DNA of 64,000 nt. Origin: Halocafeteria seosinensis. Taxonomy: Eukaryota. Both the position numbers and the translations under genes were made by a program. Under the pieces are notes generated by a model. The model ran no database searches, was not told where the DNA came from, and worked only from the letters and a program-made list of their open reading frames with translations. Of this stretch, positions 24,325-36,002 are shown piece after piece; the first letter of the stretch is position 1, and the number at the start of each line of letters is the position of its first letter. The DNA lies in the NCBI GenBank assembly GCA_001687465.1, contig LVLI01000593.1, positions 1 through 64,000 of the forward strand. The letters are read 5' to 3'.

Positions 24325-26855
24325 TCACCTCCTGGAGTTGTGCCGTCCCCGATTGCTACCTAGCTTCCTAGGCCTCGATCCCCAAAGGGAGTCCTTCCTG
24401 TGCGCATCTTGAGCTTCATTGTTATTAATTGGAGGTAATGTATTTTCGTCGGTTCTAGGTCTCAGAAGATCCTGGCGTTTTCGCTCGTCGGTAACAGCAG
24501 CGGATGTGTGCTCTTTCGCAGCTTCCCTGACCTCATTCATCTCTAATAGAGGAAGCTGTTCTTTCGAACGGAATTCATTCAAGCTGTCCAGCAAGTATGT
24601 TCGCTCCTGGCATTCCTCGTGAACTATTTGTTCCAGATGCTGGATCTTCTGCAAGCAAGAAAGGACAGAAGCGTTCGTTCACCCTATTGTCTTAACTGAG
24701 AAAGGGGCTAAATCGACGTACCGAGTCCTTTTGCTCCAACTGTTGTTTGGCTGTGTCCAACTCCTCGCGCATTGCCTCCAAACCTGATTGCGATGTATTC
24801 GGATTTTGTGTTGACACTGTTGCTGCCTTCTTCTTTTCAGCTTGTAACTCCCCCCTCATTTCTGCCAGCTCTAATACTTGATTGTCCTGTATTGTGATCA
24901 TGATATTATGGAGAAAATTTTAACGTGCCTACGCTGATAAAGCGTGCGAGGGAGCAATTTGAGAGTGCTTACCCTTTCCGATGTGACCTGTTGGACTTGT
25001 TGTTTTAGTTCGTTTACTTCGTGCTGGTGCTGGGCTTCGAGTTCCCTTTTCACTTGCTCCAGCGCTTTGTTTTTCTCACTCTCAATGCTTGCTTTTTCCT
25101 TGTTCAGCTCTTGGAGCTGCTTCTGCACGTCATTTACGCGTTGCTTCTGTTCCTCTAAACGTGCCGTAGCAGTCTTCTCCCTACTACTGGCTGCGCTTAG
25201 TTCGCTTTGTGTGTCATGGAGTTGATTTCTAAGATCATCAACCTGTAGCAAGCGGACATACACTAGCGACTCAACAGAGCAGTTAAGTTGGTGGAACAAC
25301 GTACTCTGCGTTCCAGCTGCTGCTGCTCTTCTTTCAAGTATTCAATCCTATCTTCGTAACCCTGTACCATGTCCTTCCATCGTTTCACCTCATTTTCATG
25401 GGAAGCCATTAGGTTATCCATTTCCTTTCTCTTCTCCTCCTTTATCTGTTCTATTTCGGTTTTGCTGCTTGAAGACATCTGTTTTACACTCTTGTCTAGT
25501 TTGGAAACTTCCTGACTCATCTGATCCAGGCTCTGGTCTTTCTCCGAGCACAACCTTTCTAGCTCCTCATTACGTTGCTTCATTGACGAAACGTGGTGTT
25601 CATACTTTTTGATTTCTTCTTCGTATTGTTTGAGTTCGTTAGCTGCCTGCTTCTTCGCGTTTTCAATTCCGTTTTTCCATTGGTTTTCCGTTGCTTGTAG
25701 TCTTTCGGTAAACTCTTTGTGTTCCTGAACATACGTTATTTAGGCTAAACGGGAAACCACAGGAAGCCAAAGCAAGAAATACCACCTACCTGTTCGCGCT
25801 GCTTGGCCATAGCATCAAGCTTGGCATGCAGCTCATCTATCTCACTCTGTTGGTTACCCAACTGGGACTCTTGCTCCTGAAAATAAATGGAACACTAGTA
25901 GAAGACACAATGCGACGCAAACAATATACATTGTTCTTTCTTACCTTCCTCTTGTTATAATTGGTTTCCAGATCTTGCTTGATAGACTCAAGTTCTTTCA
26001 TCTTTTCCTGGTATTGCTTTGACTCAGTCTCGTACTCCTGCAGTTGTTTTCGATAATTGTGTATAGCCAGTTTGTAGCTACGTATGCTAGCAGAAATTTT
26101 ATCTTGATCCTTTGTTATCAGTCTCTGATTCTCTTTTACTTTATCGAGTAGATCTGACCGTTGGGACTTGTATCTCGATGCAATTTCCGCCATTTTGCTC
26201 CGGAGTGGTTGCATCTGATTATGAATACTGTTACGGAACGACCGTATTTCTTCATCCTTCTCCGATAACTGCTTTTTCAAAGATTCCACAGCATCAGCTA
26301 CCGCCTTGTATTTTTGACTCTCCCATTCCTGTGTGCTCTTATTCGCTTGTTCCAGCTGCTTCTCCAAGTCTTGAATCCGTTGTTGCCGCCGGTCACTGTC
26401 AGCTTCGATCTCTTTGATATGTTCAATTTTTTCCTGCAATATGGTCACCATTTTCGCATCACTTTTTGGAAACTTACGTTGCGAAGATGGCGCTTGTACT
26501 CACTTTCCACTTTTTCATTTGCTCTTCGGCAGCATTCATTCTATCCTCCATTTCATGCATTTCGGCGTACACCAGGTAGCTCACCCCACACACTCTGCAG
26601 TATTCACACAATCCAATCCATGTTAAAGGCGGTACAGTGAGCGCAACGAAAAAAAGTTCTACGGACGTACTCGCACACTGTGTCCTCTTTATTGGCCGTC
26701 TGTAGGGATTCTGGTAAATCAGACCGTGTGGGGCCTTGTCGCAGATCTTCCGGTTTCGTGTTGGCTCGGCTATCCACCACATCCCGTTCCCAATCGTATT
26801 CCGCCGTCGCGGCCTCAAAGAGAGCTTCGTAATCATCCTCCGCCTGAGCTGCCAT
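24325..26855 (-). CDS. LEKR1: LEKR1-like coiled-coil protein, multi-exon
   Basis: N-terminal LPESLQTANKEDTVCEVCGVSYLVYAEMHEMEDRM (after splicing) and C-terminal LEQIVHEECQERTYLLDSL match the two conserved LEKR1 blocks as I recall them; long E/K/Q/L heptad region between. Confidence 0.75.
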
Positions 26856-27429
26856 TGTCGTGCCAACTGTAATAAACAAGCTATATAACCCGTAATGCCC
26901 GTTTAGCGACCTAGCAAGTTGAAGTTGCTTGCTTCATGGGTCTCCAGAGCCAGTCATTCCATACTATACACCGGAGTACTACCTATTGCTGTATGCTCAT
27001 CGAAACAACCCCTCTGAGCTTTCGGATTTTCGCTGGTGATAACACACTGCGCCGTGAATGTCTTGCGTACACAACTTCAACTTATGACGGCGCCAACTTC
27101 ACAAAACGTGTTTCCATTGCGGATTACTCTTTCCCGTACCGACTCTCCCCGACATACATTAGAGAACATAGTCATTCATCGTTTATTGTCCGCACAAAGT
27201 CGAATGGAACCCCACCGTTTGTGATTGGATTGGGCGCCCAAGTTGAAGATGAAAGCAGCAATCTTTTCGTCGACCTCTGAAACAAGGTTTCCATTGCCTT
27301 TCTACGCGCCCTTTTAGGTGGTTTATACACGGTTTTCTCATGGCTTAATTAGTTCATAGTAGAGGAATATTTGTATTTAATCGTATAAACGATGCGTTTC
27401 TGGATTAAAAGGGACAAAGTAGACACAAC

Positions 27430-30400
27430 ATGAGCAGTTCGTTGCCGCAGGTTCCCGGAGCCTCCGGGGGCGAAGATAGACGACAACAGGTCCACTATCA
27501 GCAAAATAAGCGCGGTTCCGCTTCCACCATCGCCTCGAGACGCTCTTCCAACACTTCACTGAGCTACTATGATGCGTCTCCCGCGGCTAAGAGCACTAGT
27601 AGCCGTGGTTCAGCCGAGAAAAAGAAGCGTCCATCTACCTCTACGACCGCTGAACGACGAAGTAGTGCATACACAAATGACGACGATTTGGATCCTCTGA
27701 ATTCTAGTGTCGGCAAAGTGAAAAAGAAACACCGCAAAAGCTACAGTTTCAAGGAGTCGCCTTCGCCAAAACTTCTTGGAGTGGGGCGGGGCGCCAAGAA
27801 ACTGCCAGCCTCGGCTGGCTCCAGTCGGGGAAGTGTTGCTTCAGGCAGAAGCTCTCAAGGAGCAACAGATAGCCGTGGGAATGATATTGAATCACCGCTG
27901 TCTTCCTGCTTTGACCGCCCTAGACTCCCATCCTTAGCGGGTAGAAGACTAAGCAATCCGGAAATTGAAGACCGGAATATGTTCCGGCAACGTTCGCTCA
28001 CCGGAGTATCAGAAAATACAGATGAGGAAGAAGCATTAGGCACAAGACAGCGAAGCACGTCATGCAGTGATGATTACACTACCAACGACGCATCGACTGG
28101 TGTTCGCCGAGCCCCAGCGGATAATACAGGCGCCTCCAAGAGACGAAGATCCACCGAACAACTATATTCCTCACCGAGCAAAACCACTGCAAGTGGGAGA
28201 GCACCAAAGGTCCCACCTGCGACTATTAATAAATCAAAACACACCCCCAAGAAGGAGTACAGTCCAACAATACAGAGGAGATCCCTGCATGTCGCCGTAG
28301 ATCAAAAAGCCTCTTCTTCTCAGGAGGACGAGGCGCGCTCGTACTTTACGCCCGCGTCCCGAGCGGGAAATGATGCCAACGGGAAATTGGATTCAGTCAA
28401 ATCCAACTTATTTTCATCACGAAGATCTGATGAACGTAGCCGAAATCGAAAAGCACCGATATCGAGCAACGATGGTGCTCAGCAGCGCCGCAGCCCCAGC
28501 AAAAACTCAGAACGGGCATCTGGATTAGGGAGTGGTAATGGCACAGCAGGCAAAAGTCCGTCGCCAGCTACTCATTCTGGAAAGGATGGTTATGGTGGAA
28601 ACAGGAGTACGTTGGCCAGTTCTCCAGGTGACAAAGAACAACGCAATACTCCTTCCAGAAGCAGAACCGGCGGTGAGACCCTTAGGCAGATACGAGGCAG
28701 TACTGTCAGGGGACTCCCGGAAAATGGCCAACAAAAAGAGACGCACGTTCTACCACCGGCTACATACAACACCCAGCAGCAGGCAAATAATGCAGTGTAC
28801 AATCAAAGCGGGACCACCTCTGTAGATACAGTGAAGCAGGATGTCGCGTTGGAAATGAGTGGAAGCACGCCTCTGGAGGAGCAAGAATCGAGTGATATGG
28901 ATAACACCGGTACTTTGTCGGCTACTATGCTGTCCTCATTGAGACGGCAGGAAACTAATGCCACTCATTCATCAGCCCAGTCAAGAGATGATATTTTGGA
29001 CCAGTCATTATTATCCCAGTCACTTGTATCGGAGCAGTCGGAGTCTAATAGGAGGCAGATGCCCTCACTTGAGGTTACCGATGATAACGGTGAGGGCCCT
29101 CATCTGGGTAGCAATAATAGTCAGAAAAGCTATAAAGACAGAAGACCGCCAGCATTGCGACTGGAAGATGACGACAGCACTCACGCTTCTCAGAAATTGA
29201 ACGAACAACAGGTAACAGATGCACAGGCAGGTGCACATGAAACTAACGTAGCTAACAGTGAATGTTCATCCAGTCAACACTCACAGGAGGAAGATGATGA
29301 AGATATGTTTACAGTCGATGTACGTGGAGGTAACAAACAGCAGAGCAGCGAAAGCAACAACAGTGATGCCTACACCTGGGACGGAACGGAGTGGAGGCTT
29401 CGAGGAGAGAAAGACGTATCCAGGCAGGCGCCTCTGAAAAGCCAGGATGACAATTGGCGTGTGGGCATGAATGGCACCATTAAGTTGGAAGGGTTTGGGA
29501 GTATCCACCAATCTGGCTTAGCTTTGACAGAGGAACTGATTCAACGGATGCATGGCATGCACATCAACGGTAGTGTAGGATCTGCTCAACCGCGCCAAGA
29601 GCAAGGGCGAAGAAGCAGCCTCACAAAACAGGAAGCTGAGGCTGTTGCCAAAGCCGCAAGGTATCCGAAACGAGATGTTGATATCCAGTCAGAACTGGTA
29701 CTCCTGGACCAGCTAGGAAGTGGCGCTAGTGGAAGTGTACGGCGCGCTTTGCACGTGCCGACTTTACAATTAGTTGCAGTGAAGCAAGTCAGAATTTATG
29801 ATCCTTATAAGCGTTCCCAAATGGCTCAGGAATTGAAAACCTTGTATGCGAATATGGTCCCTTTACGTGCTCCCACTCTCGATAACGAAGGTGAGGTCTA
29901 CTCCCCGAAGCAGACCGGTGAGCGGACGCTTACACAGGGAAATGGCCTCGCACCGGCTCCGTATATTGTCAAGTTTTTCGATGCATATAGTATTCCTTCG
30001 TCCGGCCAGGTTGCGATAGTAATGGAATACATGGGTGGTGGTAGCTGGGAGGATTTGGTAGACAGAGGAGGAATCCAAGACGAGGAACAGTTATCTAGCA
30101 TGGGGGGACAAATTCTTCAAGGTATAGCGTATTTGCACCGGCACCGGCAACTGCATCGAGACATCAAACCAGGAAATATGCTTATGTCTCATGATGGTAG
30201 CACACATAAACTTGCGGATTTTGGTATTGCAAAGCAGCTAGATAATTCTGAACAAGCTGCGAAAACATGGGTCGGTACTATGATATATATGAGCCCTGAG
30301 AGAATCGACTCAGATTCTTATGGCTATCCTTCTGATGTATGGTCCTTCGGACTGACACTGCTCACTGTTGCAACGGGAAAATTTCCTTACGATGATACCA

Positions 30401-31467
30401 ATTTTTGGGAGGTCTCACGTGCAATCAAGTGTGATCCGGCTCCTCTTGACAAATTGGATGAAGTGAAGACGGGCTCTAACGACCGCCCATTTTCTGACGA
30501 CTTCAAGGATTTCTTGCGGAAATGTTTGGAAAAGGATCCCGAAAAACGCTTATCTGCCGAAGAGCTTCTCTCTCATCCGTTCATTGAAAAAGGCAGAGGG
30601 TCGAGGAACGATGATAGTCAATGTTTGGGTAGCACGTTGACACTCGACAACAACGATAGTCAAACGCCAAAGGAACTCGCGGTAGTTAGTACGGTTGGCT
30701 CTGGTACCAGCCAAAAGGAGTCCAAGAGAAGCGTTAGGCAGTTTGTTGCTTCTGTTCTAGATGACAATTGGGACGTCTTTTTACAGTTCTTTCAACGGCA
30801 TCAGAGAGGAATGGTAAGTGAGTTTATAGTACCATGTCATCGAAGATGTCACTTTTTATAACGACGCTGTCACTATCTGCTGTTGCAGCGACGAAAAGAT
30901 TTGTATAGTTTAGACGAAACGTCCTTCAATGTGGATCTCAGTACCAGATACATAATGGCGGGGACCCTAAATGAGGATATGTCTCAGGACCTCTACAAAT
31001 ATTTGAATAAGAGTTTGAGTGAGCACGGTGGCGTTGACCAGCTTTCGGACGGGGCGACTCGTAACGCTAAGGATGGTGATTCAAATAGCGATATTACAAT
31101 GAATGGTATGACTGGAAGCGCAATTACTGGACACTCTGCTCAGGAGCAGAGAGAAGACTGCGAAGCACCAGAAAGCTTATCCTACGAACAACTTCGAGTT
31201 ACCCCGGAAGATGTCAAGCATCTAGCTTATCAAATGGGACTGTCGCAACAGTATGTCCGCACCCAGTTAAACTACGCAATAAAAGCCAAAATGGCAGGAT
31301 ATTCTGCCAAGACAGCGTTCGAACGGAAAATAGCGAACCGACGGGACTCTCAAGAAAAACAAAGCATACATACTAACCCGAGGCCATCTGAGAAGTCAGA
31401 GGTTTGTTTTGGTATCAATTTGAAAGGAGAAGGCTATAAAGAGTTTGTTGTGAGGAATGAAGAATGA
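27430..31467 (+). CDS. MAP kinase kinase (STE7 family) with very long disordered N-terminus, 2 exons
   Basis: LGSGASGSV, VAVKQV, MEYMGGGS, HRDIKPGN, DFG, AKTWVGTMIYMSPERI, SDVWSFGL; intron at about 30813-30888. Confidence 0.9.
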
Positions 31468-31860
31468 GTCCCATGCTGCTGAATTCCAACAGCTAGAAAG
31501 AGCGAGCAAGAACCATTGGTTTGGTTCGAAGCGTGACACAGGCTCATTTTTTAAATGCATTGGTAGCTACTTTAGAGGAAGCACATGTAGCACGTGGACT
31601 GTATGAAACAGACTAGCGTGTCATACCGTATGACAGCTGATGAAACGAAATTTGTCAAACGCAAGCTGGAAAGCATTCACTATGTATTTATTGTTAGCCA
31701 GGATTCCATCTGTACAAACAGCAAGTGGCGTTCAGCAGTTCCAGATTGTCCCACTCCCTGAGCAATGCAGGACAAACAGAAGCGACATTTGCACTAGCAC
31801 GCTTTGACTATGAACGATTGTACATAACATCCTTCGAGAGTCTGTACCAATTGCAACTCG

Positions 31861-34800
31861 CTATGTGGTCTGCTGTCTGAACCTTGAGTTCAATTCCTGA
31901 ATCGATTCAAGCTTTTTCGCTTCTTCCTCATATGCGTCTCTATTGCTTTTCAAGTTTTCTACGGGTTTAGATAGTCCTCCCAATAACTCGTGCAATTGTT
32001 CCCATACTGGAAGCAATATTTTAGTGATGAACCCTGGCTGCATCTTATATTCGTCCAATTCCGACTGAGCTTGCTTCATAAACGATGGTGGTGTCAAATT
32101 GCTTTGTTCGTGCATCGCTGCTTCATTACGGAATTCCTCGAAGACTCTTGCTCCCCAGCGTTTAGCCAAATTGAAGCTGCCTGTTTGACCTGATAAGTCT
32201 GCGCAATGTACTACGGCTTCAGCCAGTTCAAGCCGGTCTGCTTCTTCATCAATATCGAAAGGATCCGTTGGATATTCTGAATTGCTATTGACATCTACCA
32301 TCTCGCTTGTTCCTTTTTCCGTCAGATCTTGTGCAGCAGACCGAAATGAGCCTTCTCTCAAGGAGCATTTGGCCGCTCTGTTTGCCAACCGCTGAAGTAA
32401 CGTAAAATGAACTCCCATGTCAGTTCCCAGAATTACTTTCAAGATGACTTTTCGACAATACTTGAATTGCTCCCTGCTAAGATTGCAGAAGATGTCATAA
32501 TCATCTTGTTGGAGAATCTTGGAAGTCATATGCGCATGATGTGATTCCAAAACAGCTGTATCATTATGTCTGAGAGCCAATTCAGAGCCCGTATTCACTT
32601 CGTAGTTCTGTGAGTGTCCAGGATGATCTATATCGTGGCTGTAGCGACATACCATTAACAGTTGCAGCCACCAAAAACGGTCCAAGAGCCAGTGAATGAT
32701 ACTTACCACAAGGCGCCTACGAGTATTCCAAGAACATCCAAGTCCGTGAGCATTCTAGTACACTGGGTACTGCCTAAGATTAGGGCAGACGTGTACATCG
32801 TTGCGACAGCATGATGAAAGTTATGAAAGCTGCATAAGACGAGTACATCACGAGTAAGTGGTAATTCCATTGCAAATCTAAGGCTGGGCGAGTTTACAAC
32901 AGCAACGTACGGATTGTCCAGATACGATGATTCAACACGGGTGATGAACTTCTTCAGTTTCTCACGGGGTAGACCAAACTTCTCGGGTAGGTCCCAGACT
33001 TCCAAAATTTTTAGAATCGTTTTCTTTAATCTACTATGGTCCTGGGATAAAGTATCGAAGGACCACGATAAAGTGTTCGATTCTTCCTGTGTATCTTTGG
33101 TCTTGCTTCTCCCGCTGCTGGAGCTCCACTTTCCTTCTGCAGAACCGTTGGATGCTTCAGAAGGCTCAGAACTATCATCTTTTGTACGGATTTGCTTCCG
33201 CAACTTCCTCATGATGGAGTCGTCCGCATACGCTTCAAACAAAGAAATCTCGAAATCATTTGGAGAGTCTTGTATATAGCGATCGCTCATCCTGCCATTG
33301 GAGAACATGGACACTTCGAAACTACTTGGATCGGACAATCTCGCCAACACCATGTCTACCGAGAGTCTTTTCAATGCAACTCCAGCTTCAAGGCCAAATG
33401 TTTGCAGCGCATGTAGGTCTTGAACGGAAAACCCGAAACTGTCGTCCTTATCGAACACTTGAAGAATAGCAATTGGGCGAATCCGCGAGCCTGGGATGCT
33501 AATGGGTACGCACAGCATATTCCTGTCCCGGTAACTACCTCCATCATCAATTACACCGTTGAATTCTTCTTTGAATGTACCATCTGTATGCCATAAATAA
33601 ATAGCGCTAATCAAGAGTCCCAGAAGGCTTCACGGTGGTAGCTCCTGGTACTTACTGGTCGTCGATTCCTGCACGGTATCTTCCTCAGCCAGGACCTCAG
33701 GTGAATCCAAGGGGCGAATGTTACTTTTCATATTCCTACATACAGCAGGAATCAATCGATCCTTCGCTCGATCGACAAGATGCAAACATAGCCTTTTACA
33801 GCGGGTAATGTGCATCGATGCATCGGCCAAAGTTTCCAAGATATCTCGAATATCTTCTCCCCTAGCTACCGCTCTAAGTACTTCTAAAATCGCCATGTTA
33901 GTCTCAAGCTGCATTTCGAGCTCTTCCTTCATCTTATTGTTGCCCCAAATAGCACCGAATTGCTCGCATATACATGAAAGATTATGTTCGTCCTGGGTCC
34001 CAAATTTCCAGATAGTTTCAAAATTACATTTCTTCGTACCAATGCATTCTCTCATTTGGGAGAGAGGGTTTCCTGAACTTCTTCCAAACGATAGGGACCA
34101 CTTTGAAGGACTCTTTCGATTAACTACTTCGACAAGAGCAACATTTCGGTTGAATGCATCGACTATCGGGGCAACTAGTACTGTACATGCATCGCTCCTT
34201 TCCTGTTCTCTCGGGGCATTAGTTAAGTCCACATTGACAACGTCTCTCGTTTCGGCAACCTTCTTCAAGTAGGTGAAAGAATCTAAATGTACCTCCGAGT
34301 TATCGCCTTGCCGTATCAGCATCTGCTCCGGGGGTGCGTCGGCATCGTAAACGGAAGTACCTGTTCGGAAAACGTACAAATTGACTTTTTCAGCGTTTAG
34401 CAGCTGCTTAACACAAGAAGTTATCGTGGGTAGTAATTGTTGTTCCGTTGTCAACATAGAAGAAACTCCTTGCTGAACAGCTTCATGCATAATTTGAAAT
34501 TTGTTTCGAGAATATTCTGACGTTTCGAGAGCAAGTAGTTTGTTGAACACAGGCTCCAGACGCAGCAACATCGAGGACGCTGATTCGGCCTTAATACTCA
34601 GTGCATCTTCATTACCTCCTTCCTGGTCAAAAACCTCGAGGATGCAGTTGATACGCTGCTCCAAAGGCAGAATGGCAGTGGCTACAGCTTTGGGAGGGAT
34701 TTCAAGCACTTGCGCAGCAATAGAATAAGCTGACTGGTTCAATAAAATGCCGGCAGTTTTACTATCCGAAGACGAATCTCCCGTTCCCACTACACGAGGA

Positions 34801-35575
34801 ACTGGCTCCAGGAACGCCAGTAGTTTCTCCCCTAGTTCATGACTACAAAGCAGGTGTTCTGAGTTCCCCGTCACATAGTGCGTTAACGCCCCTATCCACG
34901 GCCTTCCAAAACTTTCTTCCGATCCTGCTCGTATGCAGCCACTAGGAGGGGTTCGATACTTCTCACACGGCTCTGGGAGACCATCTTCGTTGAATGCAAA
35001 AACTATGAGGACTCCATATCCTGAAAGAGTTTCTGAATTCCTTCCTTGAATCCGTAGAAGTTCTTGCGCTGTCTCCCGTGCCGCCGCTGCATCACACAGA
35101 CCAAGATCCCAGATGCTTGCATATGAACCAGACCAAGCTCTATACCTCATATACGCACCTTGAAGTGTATGACAGTTCAGCAAATGCTGTATGACGTGGT
35201 ATGTCTCCTCATGGTAATTTCCCGTCTCAGCGGCATACGGCCTTTCTTCGGAGTGACAAGTGTGTGACATGTTCTTTTTCATGATGATTATCCTATCTAC
35301 CAAAAAACAATATTATAATAGCACTCACTGTCGTCGTCGAACAACTCCTTCAACATCCTTGGTACTGCTGCTTCGTGGCCGTAGTACCCTCTGTTCCGTT
35401 TCCCGATCCTTTCTGGGCAGGTGAAGTACAGCGGTGCGCCTCTTCGTGCGTGCCGTATTACGGTCGTGCGGTTTCCGTGAACTGCGCTCACCGTATTAAG
35501 TCGTCTGATAGCATTAGTAAATGAAAACTTCATGCAGAATAAGAGTGAGGGTTCTAGATGTATTCTTCCGGGCAT
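31861..35575 (-). CDS. Class I cyclic-nucleotide phosphodiesterase with two GAF domains and an extra N-terminal domain, multi-exon
   Basis: NPFHNFHHA, HDIDHPG, ND.AVLESHH, ILGTDM, HCADLS; GAF signatures VLVAPI...VEVVNRK...F...DE and MLCVPI...LQVFDK...F...D. Confidence 0.92.
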
Positions 35576-36002
35576 CGCTATCCAATAGACTCTGAACTGA
35601 ATAGAGTAAGGCTCAGCGGAACAACACTTGTACTTCAACTTGGACGGGAATTGTTCATTGCATTGTCTTACAAAAAACCAAAGGAGCCAAGAACACAGCG
35701 TTTAATAAACTATGCAAAATTGTCTCTCAGTACTCGTACAGTCATATTTTTACCGTATACGGTATGTTGTTATTCCGCCAGCTTATGGGTCGTAATACGA
35801 GTGAGTCAACAGCATTTGAGCTGTACATACACAGTTGACTCTCCCCGCAAAAGATTCGCTTAGGGTTTTAACCCGACCACTTCAATCGGAGGGACGTAGC
35901 AACGTTCGGAGGGCTTACCTTGTTGGATATGGAAGCGTTCAACGGACACGCCGGCGGGAACTTGCAATATGTAAGTTGCAGGAAAAATCACCAGAACAAG
36001 AA

